Positions 1-9,387 of a DNA stretch of 25,110 bases are shown here, piece after piece; the first letter of the stretch is position 1; each line of letters begins with the position of its first letter. Made by a program: the position numbers and the translations under genes. The notes under the pieces are model-generated. The model was given only the letters and a program-made list of their open reading frames with translations, did not search any database and was not told where the DNA came from. This DNA comes from Candidatus Nanopusillus sp. (GTDB lineage: Archaea; Nanobdellota; Nanobdellia; Nanobdellales; Nanobdellaceae), in the NCBI GenBank assembly GCA_028276785.1, contig JAPYVP010000007.1, positions 1-25,110 of the forward strand, given 5' to 3'.

Positions 1-447
1 TTCAAAAAAAATTCTAATATAAATATAATTGCGTTAGAATCTAATACAAAAGATTTTGTTCTAGATATAATAAATAAAATTGATAAAAAATTCAATATGG
101 GATTTAAAATTAATTTAAATATATATAAAAAAATTGAAGAAGTTGAAATAAAGGGAAATTCGATATTAATATTACCAATAGAAGGTGTATTTTTATCTTT
201 TTTATTATATAATTATAAAAAAGAGGAAAAATACAAATATTTAATTCAAAAAAACAATAAATATTTTTATAACATTGGATATAATATTTCAGAATACTAT
301 ATATCAAAATATTTGAATAAAGAACCCCACATATTTACAGATTATAAAGATATGCTAAATTTTATATATGAAATAATCTCTATGAAAGAAAAATATGTTT
401 TTGGCATAAAAAATATCTTAGATTACCTTTCAAAATATTATTTATAA
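1..447 (+). CDS. hypothetical protein, probably 5'-truncated by the window edge
   Basis: ORF track gives 97..447. The same frame is stop-free from nt 1 up to the ATG at 97, in a genome where stop triplets are frequent, so the gene likely starts upstream of the window. No recognisable motifs. Confidence 0.5.
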   Translation, partial: FKKNSNINIIALESNTKDFVLDIINKIDKKFNMGFKINLNIYKKIEEVEIKGNSILILPIEGVFLSFLLYNYKKEEKYKYLIQKNNKYFYNIGYNISEYYISKYLNKEPHIFTDYKDMLNFIYEIISMKEKYVFGIKNILDYLSKYYL

Positions 448-470
448 AAATTATACATTAAATATAAATA

Positions 471-881
471 ATGCCAGAATTCATGATTAGAGGGTATACA
501 TTGAATCAATTAAAAAGTATGAGTATTGAAGAATTTGCTCAAAAGGTTGCGGATAGTAGAACAAGGAGAACATTATTAAGGAGATTAAAAATTGGATTTC
601 CACCAGAATGGGAAAATTTCTATAGAAAATGTTATTTACAATTACAGGGAAAATATAAGAAAACAGTAAAAACACATGCAAGAGAAATAGTAATATTACC
701 TTCAATTGTTGGTGCAAAAGTTGGGGTATATAATGGAAAAGAATTTGTTGAATTTGAAATAAGACCAGAAATGATTGGAAGAAGGTTGGGAGAATTTGTA
801 TATACAACGAAGAAAGTTCAGCACTCAGCACCAGGTATTGGTGCTTCTAAATCTTCTAAGTTTATGAAAGCAAAGAAATAA
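471..881 (+). CDS. rps19: 30S ribosomal protein uS19 (S19p/S15e)
   Basis: ATG start. The translation carries the uS19 core (VKTHAREIVILPSIVGAKVGVYNGKEFVEFEIRPEMIGRRLGEF) and a basic tail. Confidence 0.93.
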   Translation: MPEFMIRGYTLNQLKSMSIEEFAQKVADSRTRRTLLRRLKIGFPPEWENFYRKCYLQLQGKYKKTVKTHAREIVILPSIVGAKVGVYNGKEFVEFEIRPEMIGRRLGEFVYTTKKVQHSAPGIGASKSSKFMKAKK

Positions 882-883
882 TT

Positions 884-1708
884 TTACATATTTATATTTA
901 TTAAAAACATACCCTTTGGAACAATTGGAATTATAATGTTAAATAGTATTATAACCATAAATAAAAATATTGTTATATATTTTGCTCCTGCTTTATAAGA
1001 ACCATCATACATCTTTCCCATAGACAATCCAGCAAAAACTGCCTGAATTATTGACATATAATACATTAGATCATTAATAAAATTAAAATCAATTTTTGAT
1101 GATTGTCCTGGCAATGAAATTTGTAAAAAGGGTAATAAAAATATTTGAAATGTAAATACTATACCTAAGAAAAACACAAATACAATATAAGAATGAATTA
1201 CATTTTCATGCATTGCTACCTTTTTATCTTCCTTTATTTTTCTAATCTCCATTATACTATTTATAATTGCTTCCAAACCCTGTTCAAGATTCCCACCTTC
1301 CTTATATATATCTATTAAAGATTGTATTGTTCTCTTAATCATTCTATTATTACTTTCCTCTGCAAATTGATTGAATGAATCTTCAATACTAATACCCCAA
1401 TCAATTCTAGATGATAAGTTTTTTACTAATTCATTAATTCTTCCATAATCGTTTTTTTCTAATTGTTTTAATGCAATTGGCAGTGATAATCCAGATTTCA
1501 ATAATTCTATTAAATCTACTGAAAATCTAATAAATTGTTCTTCTTTTTCTTTTTCTATATTATTAACAATTGTTTGATAGATTAAATAAGGAAATATGCC
1601 AACCACTATACCAGTTACAATTGAATTTAAAATACTAAAATTGAATATGAAATATAATAAAAATATGAGAATTATAATAATAAGTATAGTAACTATTTCC
1701 TCTCTCAT
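884..1708 (-). CDS. FlaJ/TadC-like type II secretion system F-domain membrane protein (second half of the platform)
   Basis: 274 aa. N-terminal TM segments are followed by a cytoplasmic T2SSF-like helical domain (LLKSGLSLPIALKQL...GISIEDSFNQFAEE...EGGNLEQGLEAI) and C-terminal TMs. Its start overlaps the upstream gene's stop as ATGA (1705-1708). Confidence 0.7.
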   Translation of the reverse strand: MREEIVTILIIIILIFLLYFIFNFSILNSIVTGIVVGIFPYLIYQTIVNNIEKEKEEQFIRFSVDLIELLKSGLSLPIALKQLEKNDYGRINELVKNLSSRIDWGISIEDSFNQFAEESNNRMIKRTIQSLIDIYKEGGNLEQGLEAIINSIMEIRKIKEDKKVAMHENVIHSYIVFVFFLGIVFTFQIFLLPFLQISLPGQSSKIDFNFINDLMYYMSIIQAVFAGLSMGKMYDGSYKAGAKYITIFLFMVIILFNIIIPIVPKGMFLININM

Positions 1709-3084
1709 TCTTTTGTTAATTTATTGAATAATATCATAAAGCCAACATTAATGATTGGTAACCCCACATATGTAATTATTTCTAATATCCCACGAATATT
1801 CATATTATATGTTTGCTGCAATATTGACAATAACATTACTCCAATAGATATTATTATCATTGGAATTGTTAATACCATCCCTACATACAAATCTGAAAAT
1901 GTTTTCATTATCTGATTAGTTCTCCTTAAAAACGCATTATATCTTATCATTTCTTGCTGAGAATATAATATTAAAAATTCTGATATCTTTCTCCCAGATG
2001 TAATGGTCAATATTAATTCTTCCAAAAAATCTTTTAGATCTTTTGATAACGTATCATCAGCAACAGATCTTAATGATTCTACTAAACCCCTTCCCAAACT
2101 TATTTTATCGTATATTTTTTTAAATTCTTTAGATAAATATCCATATTCTTCAGTTTCACTTATTATTTTTATTATATACTTTATTTCTATTCCCGCATCT
2201 GCTAATGAAGCCATATGTATTATAGCAAATGGTAAATTTCTATTTATATCCTCTACTATACTTTGCTTTTTATAATTAAAATACAAAATAAGCAATCCTA
2301 TCACAAACAAAAATATTAATACACCATAAATTAGATATAAAATATTTAAAAAGTATAATGAAATAAATATTGAAATAAGAATAATAATTGATGAAAATAA
2401 AAATATGACAGATAATAGTTCATCAGGTTCTATATTATAATAAGCTTCCCTCAATGAATATTTTAAGTAAAAATATAATTTTGGATTACTATTTAAAATT
2501 TTTCTGGATAAATTTCCAAATATTTTATATGAAAATCTTATTAACATATTTTTAATCTCTTGATAATAATCTATTTTATGTTCTTTAGTTAATTTTAATT
2601 TACGTTTTATTTTTTTCTTTCTTTCTTCTTTCTTTTTAGATAATATAGTTGATACTTCAATAAATCTTTTACTAATTCTTATCTCTTCTTTCTTAAATAT
2701 ATCAGGATAAACTCTATTAATATAATTTATTGTATCATTTATCTTCATTTGATAATATTGAATATTTTTGTTTTCTTCTTCACTTTTTCCTTCTATGTTC
2801 TTTAAAAATTCTATTATTTTTTGGCTATTATTTATTAAATTGATTAAATCATACAATATTAAATATTTAAATCTTTCTAAATACTTTATTTTCTTTTCAA
2901 CTATTGTTATCCTTCTTTTATATTCTTTCTCATCAAAATAACCATCTAAGTATAATCTATAAAAATATTTTTTTATCTCTTCCTTTCTTTTTATTTCCCT
3001 TACAATATTTTTTAGTTTATTAATGTATCTTTCTATTTCTTCTATGTTCTTTTCTAAGTTTATTAGAATATTTTTGTTAATCAT
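1705..3084 (-). CDS. FlaJ/TadB-like T2SSF-domain membrane protein with a long N-terminal K/E-rich coiled-coil extension (first half of the platform)
   Basis: 459 aa. Residues ~1-170 are charged heptad-like low complexity. TM segments and a T2SSF-like domain follow (NLPFAIIHMASLADAGIEI...ISLGRGLVESLRSVADDT...ITSGRKISEFL). It is divergent from the FlaI-like ATPase gene. Confidence 0.65.
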   Translation of the reverse strand: MINKNILINLEKNIEEIERYINKLKNIVREIKRKEEIKKYFYRLYLDGYFDEKEYKRRITIVEKKIKYLERFKYLILYDLINLINNSQKIIEFLKNIEGKSEEENKNIQYYQMKINDTINYINRVYPDIFKKEEIRISKRFIEVSTILSKKKEERKKKIKRKLKLTKEHKIDYYQEIKNMLIRFSYKIFGNLSRKILNSNPKLYFYLKYSLREAYYNIEPDELLSVIFLFSSIIILISIFISLYFLNILYLIYGVLIFLFVIGLLILYFNYKKQSIVEDINRNLPFAIIHMASLADAGIEIKYIIKIISETEEYGYLSKEFKKIYDKISLGRGLVESLRSVADDTLSKDLKDFLEELILTITSGRKISEFLILYSQQEMIRYNAFLRRTNQIMKTFSDLYVGMVLTIPMIIISIGVMLLSILQQTYNMNIRGILEIITYVGLPIINVGFMILFNKLTKE

Positions 3085-3126
3085 TATGAATAGTTTATAT
3101 ATTCTAGAATATATTAATCTTTTATC

Positions 3127-4620
3127 ATGATAAACATCAGATTTATTAATGATATAAAAATAAATGTACCCAAAAATAAATTTGAAACTAATATAACTTA
3201 TCCAATTGTAGAGCCCTTTTCATATGCACATATATATTTTGATAGGAGTACATATGATATTGTATATGAAATAATAGAGCCAAAATTAACTGAAAATGAA
3301 GAAAAAATATATAAAAACATAATTTTTTATATTGAAAAACTATTATATATTAAATTATCCGAAATAAATAACTTAAATGATGTTATAAATTATTTACAAA
3401 GATTATATGATTTTGTATTAAAAGATTTAGGAATAGAATTAGGACAATCCTCTTATGAAAAAATATTTTATTATATTTTTAGAGATCTTTATGGATATAA
3501 TAAAGTAGATTCTTTATTAAGAGATCCATTAATTGAGGATATTGAATGTTCTGGTCCGGGTTATCCAATATTTATTGTTCACAGATATTTTGGAAATTTA
3601 AGGACGAACATAATTTTAAATGATAAAGAAATTAGAGACCTAATTGAAAAATTTGCATTAAGAGCCGGAAAACATATATCATATGCAGAGCCAATTTTAG
3701 ATGCAACATTACCTGATGGATCAAGAGTAAATGCAACATATTCACAAGAAATTACTACGCATGGTCCAACATTTACAATAAGAAAATTTAGAGAAATTCC
3801 ATGGACTCCCATAGAATTAATAAGATTGGGAAGTGCAACTCCAGAAATATTTGCATATTTATGGTTAGCTGTAGAATTTAGAAAAAATATAATCATAATA
3901 GGAGGTACAGCTTCTGGAAAAACAACAATGTTAAATGCAATATCAATGTTTATACCACCAAGTGCTAGAATTGTTTCAATTGAAGATACAAGAGAAATAA
4001 GATTATATCATTCTAATTGGATCCCCTCTGTAGTAAAATATTCTTCTGATAAAAATAGAGAAATTGATATGTTTGAATTATTAAGAATGTCCTTTAGACA
4101 AAGACCAGATTATGTAATTGTTGGAGAAGTAAGGGGGGAAGAAGCATATGTAATGTTCCAGGGAATGGCTTCTGGTCATTCTTCTTTATCAACAATGCAT
4201 GCTGAAAATACAAGAGCATTAATAAGTAGATTAACAACACCACCAATAAATTTATCTCCAACATTAATTGAACTATTAAATGTTGTAGTAATAATGCAAC
4301 ATGATAATTTTCTTGGAACAAACCTAAGGAGGGTTAAAGAAATTAATGAAATTGTAAAATATAATAAATTTAATATTGCGTATAAGTGGAATCCTTTTAA
4401 AAGGGAATATTTGGAAAATCCTAAAAAATACTTATTTAGATTAATTGAAAATGAGTTTGGAATAAAATATAAAGAACTATATGAAGAATATCTTACAAGA
4501 TCAAAATTGCTATATAGATTATCTGAATTAAATATTTCAGATTTTCAAACTTTTAGTAAAATTGTACAAATGTATTACTATAATAAAGAGAATGTTTTGA
4601 AATATTATAATATTGAATAA
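3127..4620 (+). CDS. flaI: FlaI/ArlI-type archaellum or type IV pilus assembly ATPase (GspE/VirB11 superfamily)
   Basis: 497 aa. Walker A is GGTASGKTT. The Asp box/Walker B region is ARIVSIEDTREI ... RQRPDYVIVGEVRGEEAYVMFQGMASGHSSLSTMHA (His box). Confidence 0.88.
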   Translation: MINIRFINDIKINVPKNKFETNITYPIVEPFSYAHIYFDRSTYDIVYEIIEPKLTENEEKIYKNIIFYIEKLLYIKLSEINNLNDVINYLQRLYDFVLKDLGIELGQSSYEKIFYYIFRDLYGYNKVDSLLRDPLIEDIECSGPGYPIFIVHRYFGNLRTNIILNDKEIRDLIEKFALRAGKHISYAEPILDATLPDGSRVNATYSQEITTHGPTFTIRKFREIPWTPIELIRLGSATPEIFAYLWLAVEFRKNIIIIGGTASGKTTMLNAISMFIPPSARIVSIEDTREIRLYHSNWIPSVVKYSSDKNREIDMFELLRMSFRQRPDYVIVGEVRGEEAYVMFQGMASGHSSLSTMHAENTRALISRLTTPPINLSPTLIELLNVVVIMQHDNFLGTNLRRVKEINEIVKYNKFNIAYKWNPFKREYLENPKKYLFRLIENEFGIKYKELYEEYLTRSKLLYRLSELNISDFQTFSKIVQMYYYNKENVLKYYNIE

Positions 4621-4625
4621 AATTT

Positions 4626-4657
4626 GGGGTCGAGGGAATATATAGTCTCACGGGAAC
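4626..4657 (-). other. 3' half of the 23S rRNA processing stem
   Basis: 4632-4650 is the perfect reverse complement of 7567-7585 (19 bp). Flanking shorter pairings are 4626-4629/7590-7593 and 4653-4657/7562-7566. Confidence 0.75.
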
Positions 4658-7566
4658 TTCAAGCGGTCGGCTGAACTCCTTTTCGGAGCTTACACCGCCG
4701 CTCTGAGTCGGATCTTTTATCCGACCCCTTAACGGCCGCCTATTTTTGAGGGGGGCTTCACCCTTAGATGCCTTCAGGGCTTATCCCTTGGGGCGTAGCT
4801 ACCGGGCATGCCCTTCTCGGACAGCCCGTACACCAGAGGCCCCGGCCCGCCGTTCCTTTCGTACTAGGCGGACCTTCCCCTCAGGCGGCCAGCACTTCCG
4901 ACAGTTATAACCGAACTGCCTCGCGGCGTTCTGAACCCATCTCACGATCCCCTTTAATGGGTGGACACCCCCACCCTTGGCGGCTTCTGCACCACCAGGA
5001 TGGGGAGAGACGACATCGATGTCGCAAACCGCGGGGTCAATGGGGGCTCTCGCCCGCGACGGCGCTGTTACCCCCGGAGTAGCTTTTCCGCCAGCCCGTA
5101 CCCCCACTAGTGAGAGTACGGGGTTCGCTAGGCCCGGGTTTCCCCCCTGTGCCCCTTGATGGTCAGGGCACAGTCAGGCCAGCTTTTGGCCTTGTCCTCT
5201 ACGGCGGATTCCTGACCCGCCTGAGCTGACCTTATGGACCCTGCCGATACCTTTTCGGCAAGGTGCCGCCCCAGCCAAACCGCCCACCTGCCGCTGTCCC
5301 CTTTCGGGTTAGCCCTGAAGAACCTGGAGGCGGGTGTTTCATCGTCGCATCCTTCCTACCTAGCGGCAGGAATTCATTGCTCCCCGCTACCCTACACACC
5401 AGGTTCTTCAGAGCAACAACAGGCTGCGGTTAAGCTTCACGGGGTCTTTTTTACCCATCGGAAGTCCCTGGCCTTCTCACCAGGATAGCTTTTCAGGGGG
5501 CGCCGGCCCGGGACAGTGGCGGGCTAGTTACGTCGTTCGCAGAGCCAGCATTTAACTGGCAAGGCATTACGCTACCTTAAGAGGGTCAGAGTTACCCCCG
5601 CCGTTTACCGGTCCTTACCCCCCTTGAACGGGGGATTCAGATACCGGCACCGAGCAGACGTCACCCCCAGTACAAACCCTTTCGGGCTTGCTGGGAGCTA
5701 TGTTTTTGGTAAACAGTCCGCCCGTCCTTGTCACTGCGACCTGCGGTCCACACCGCAGGCATCCCTTCTCCCGAAGTTACGGGACCAATTTGCCAAGTTC
5801 CCTAGACCGGCTTGACCCCCACGGCCTTAGGCTTCTCACCCAGGGGACCTATGCTGGATTTCGGTACGATCGCCTCGAATCGCACCCTTTCCCTTTTCAT
5901 TGCCGGAAGGCCTCAGCGTAACCCTTTCGGGCCCATCAGGGTTTAGACCGGTTCTCACCATGACGGTACTCCCCGGTCCTATCCCCCTTGGCACGGTAAG
6001 TGGGTTTTACCCCACCCCCGTGTACGCCTAGCCCTCCGGGTCGGGAAAGGGCGTTGCGTTGCCGCATCTATCGGGGCGGTAGGGGAATATTAACCCCTTT
6101 CCCTTTCTCCAGACTCCTCTCGGAGCCTGGATTAGGATCGACTAACCCCAGGCTGATCTTCATTGCCTGGGAAACCTTTCCCCTTTCGGCCGACGGGATT
6201 CTCACCCGTCTGATTCTTACTACCGCGGGGATCTTCATTCCCGACGGCTCCAGGCTCCCTTTCGGGAACCCTTCTAGGCCATCGGGACGCCCGCCTACCT
6301 CACGCTGGCATTTGCCAGCGGACCGAGGTCTCGGCGGCTGGCTTAGACCCGTCCGTTTTCGGAGCCTACCCCCTCGTCGGGTGAGTTGTTACACACTCCT
6401 TAGATGATGGCCACTATTAGGCCCACATCCCCGATGTCTTAGGGGGCAGACTCCTTCAACATCGTTTAGCCAGCACTTTGGGGCCTTAACCTCGGTCTCG
6501 GTTGTTCCCGTCTCGGAGTTGCGGCTTTCCCGCAACCCCCGTTTCCCGGGCTACGGACCCTATGGCTTCGGAGTTGGACTCCGTACGGAAACCCGTACAG
6601 AATCCGTCGCTCTACACCATAGGGATCCTAACCCGAGACCTGGCTGGGGTCAGTTTCGGCGGGGACCGGCTATCACCGGGCCCGAGTGGCTTTTCACCTC
6701 TACCCCAGGGTCATGAGAGGAGTAAGCTCCACCTCTTCGGGCCTCCACGGGAAACCCCGCTTCACCCTGCCCCGGGGTAGATCGCCCGGTTTCCGGTCAT
6801 ACCCGAGTGACTAAACCGCCCTTATGGGACGGCGCCCCTCACCTGGAGAAACCCAGGTTGCGGGCTTTCGGTTTCCCTATGGCTTCGGCATGAACCTTAA
6901 CCTCGCCACTCGGGTATACTCCCCCGCAAGTTCTTCAAAACTCACGGTAGAACTAGCTAGCATCCTATCTGGTACTCATCTGTCACCAGATTTTCCCAGA
7001 TAGGATGCTTAACTAGCCCTACCAGACTATCCCCGCCCGGTTTCAGGCTCTTTTCACCCCCTGCCAAGGGTTCTTTTCACCTTTCGGTCGCCCTACTAAT
7101 ACGCTATCGGACTCGGAAAGTATTTAGCCTTGGGGGCTAGTTTCCCCCAAATTCCCGACGGAAATCCAACCGCCGGTACTCCGGAAACGGGAAATCCCGT
7201 TATTGTATTCCCATACGGGGCTGTCACCCTCTACGGCCCCGGACTTCCACCGGAGTTCTAGGAATACAATAACGGGAAGCTCCCGCTCCTTTACCCCACA
7301 TCTCCTCTAAATTACTTTAGAGGATTCGGTTTAGGCTTCTTCCCTTTCGGTCGCCCCTACTCAGGAAATCACAATTTGTTTTTTATTCCTGCGGGTACTA
7401 AGATGTTTCCCTTCCCCGCGTTCCCCTCCCTTACGGGATGCCTTTCGGCAGGATATCCCATTCGGGGATCCGGAGATCAACGGTTGCATGCACCTCCCTC
7501 CGGCTTTTCGCAGCTTGCCGCGCCCTTCTTCGGCTTCCGAGCCGAGGCATCCACCGGGCGGGTTCC
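4651..7566 (-). rRNA. rrl: 23S (large-subunit) ribosomal RNA; ends approximate
   Basis: A GC-rich ~2.9-kb block sits in AT-rich surroundings. On the minus strand, the 5' domain reads CCCGCCCGGUGGAUGCCUCGGC...GGGAAACAUCUUAGUACCCGCAGGAA. Also present are CCAAGGCUAAAUAC...GAAAGGUGAAAAGAACC and the sarcin-ricin loop AGUACGAAAGGAAC (revcomp of ~4856-4869). All ORFs called inside it are artefacts. Confidence 0.97.
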
Positions 7567-7594
7567 TGAGACTATATATTCCCTCTCATCCCCC
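7562..7594 (-). other. 5' half of the 23S rRNA processing stem
   Basis: Complement of 4626-4657 (see the partner feature). It lies immediately upstream of the 23S 5' domain on the minus strand. Confidence 0.75.
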
Positions 7595-7676
7595 TCATCT
7601 ATTATCATCAGGCTCACTTCTCTACCTTAGGTAGAGAAGATCATATACATAATATTAAATAATGTAATATTTAAAA

Positions 7677-9386
7677 ATGTATCACCGTGATTTTTCTACT
7701 ATGAAAGAAAGCATTTTAGATAAAAATGTCAATTTTTCTGAATGGTATAACAATATAATAAGAATTTCTAAAATCATAGATGATAGATATCCTATAAAGG
7801 GGATGCCTGTCTACTATCCAAACGGATATTTCGCAATTAGGAAAATATTAAATATTTTAGAAAATGAATTGGAAAAGTATGGATTTGAACCTTACTGGTT
7901 TCCAATATTAATTCCATATGAAATATTTAAAAGAGAAAGTGAACATATAAAAGGTTTTGAATCTGAAGTATTTTATGTTACTCCCTCAAAACCTGTAGAA
8001 GAAGAAAAAGAAATAAAGTACATATTAAGACCAACATCTGAAACAGAAATGTATTACATGTTTTCTTTATGGATAAGATCTTACAGAGATCTACCTCTAT
8101 TAACTTACATGACAAATACAGTATATAGATATGAAACTAAGGCAACAAAACCATTGGTTAGGGGAAGAGAAATTTTGTGGAACGAAGCACATACAGCACA
8201 TAAGGATTTAGATGACGCTGAAAAAATGATAAAGAAATCTATGGAAATATATTCAAAAGTTTTTTGGGATCATTTATCAATACCACACATATGGATAAGA
8301 AGACCAGATTGGGATAAATTTGCCGGAGCAGATTACACATTTGCTGCAGATACTATATTACCAGATGGAAAGTTTTTACAAATTGGAACTACACATTTAT
8401 TGGGGAGGAATTTTTCTAAAGCATTTAATATTATTTTTGAGGATGAACATCCATTTATAAAAATAGATAAAAACAAATTCGAGGCCTTTAATGAAAATAA
8501 TTACAGATATGAAATAGAAATTATTGAAGATAAAATAAAAATAAGATTATACGATAATAATAAAGAATTAATTAAATCTTATGAAGAAAAAATCGAATTC
8601 GATGAGGATATATCCGAAGATAATAAGAATTTAATAAACAAAATAAATAATATAATTAAAAATAAATTTAATGAAGATAAATTAGTCAATAAGAAATTTG
8701 TTTGGCAAACATCATTTGGAATATCTATGAGAACTTTAAGTGCAGTAATTTCAATACATGGAGATAATAAAGGTTTAATATTACCTTTTGAAATATCTCA
8801 CATTCAAATAATAATTATTCCAATATACTATTCTGAAGATGAAAGAAGTAAAATATTAAAATATTGTGAAGATGTATACAATTTATTAAAAGAAAAATAT
8901 AGAGTAAAAATTGATAAAGATGATACAAAAAGTCCTGGATGGAAATTTAATCAATACGAATTAATGGGAGTACCATTTAGGATATCTATCGGAAAAAGAG
9001 AATTAGAAAAAAATACAGTTACAATATCAGTAAGGCAATATGACAGTAAATCAAAAAATTATGAAATCAAATTAGAAAATTTATTAAATGAGTTAGATAG
9101 GTTAATTATTGAATATGATAAAGAGCTTAAAGAAAGGGCAAAAAAGTATTTTGAAAATAAAATATTAAAAATAGACAATTTAAAGGATTTGGAAAATAAT
9201 TTAGATAAAAATATAGCATTTAAGGTTCCTTTTTGTATGAAAGAAGAGTGTGCAAAGAATATTAAAGAAAAATATTCATTGGACGTAAGAGGAACCGATA
9301 TTATACCAGAAGATGCAAAGAATAAAAAATGTATTTTTTGCAATACAGATGCAAAATATTATGTATACGTAGGAAAAAGTTATTAA
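7677..9386 (+). CDS. proS: prolyl-tRNA synthetase, archaeal/eukaryote-like type, with an internal low-complexity insertion
   Basis: Class II motifs are present: ILRPTSETEMYYMF, YRYETKATKPLVRGREILWNEAHTAH, GTTHLLGRNFSKAF. The C-terminal Cys-rich domain (CMKEEC...CIFC) ends in the conserved terminal Tyr. The true start may be the second Met at 7701. Confidence 0.95.
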   Translation: MYHRDFSTMKESILDKNVNFSEWYNNIIRISKIIDDRYPIKGMPVYYPNGYFAIRKILNILENELEKYGFEPYWFPILIPYEIFKRESEHIKGFESEVFYVTPSKPVEEEKEIKYILRPTSETEMYYMFSLWIRSYRDLPLLTYMTNTVYRYETKATKPLVRGREILWNEAHTAHKDLDDAEKMIKKSMEIYSKVFWDHLSIPHIWIRRPDWDKFAGADYTFAADTILPDGKFLQIGTTHLLGRNFSKAFNIIFEDEHPFIKIDKNKFEAFNENNYRYEIEIIEDKIKIRLYDNNKELIKSYEEKIEFDEDISEDNKNLINKINNIIKNKFNEDKLVNKKFVWQTSFGISMRTLSAVISIHGDNKGLILPFEISHIQIIIIPIYYSEDERSKILKYCEDVYNLLKEKYRVKIDKDDTKSPGWKFNQYELMGVPFRISIGKRELEKNTVTISVRQYDSKSKNYEIKLENLLNELDRLIIEYDKELKERAKKYFENKILKIDNLKDLENNLDKNIAFKVPFCMKEECAKNIKEKYSLDVRGTDIIPEDAKNKKCIFCNTDAKYYVYVGKSY

Positions 9387-9387
9387 T

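Noticed and set aside
6953-7016. A lower-GC segment inside the 23S rRNA with a 14-bp perfect inverted repeat (6959-6972 / 6996-7009). It initially looked like a small intron or an inserted element.
   Set aside because: Reading the minus strand against the conserved 23S domain I sequence (CCUGAAACCG ... insertion ... UACCGUGAG) places it exactly at helix 25. That is the known variable/expansion helix, so it is a normal, if AT-richer, H25 hairpin. No bulge-helix-bulge splice motif was seen.
4768-7630. Numerous ORFs of 60-135 aa on both strands in the ORF track (for example 4768-5082, 6000-6407, 7376-7630).
   Set aside because: They lie entirely within the 23S rRNA gene. Their Pro/Arg/Gly-rich translations are what GC-rich non-coding sequence produces.
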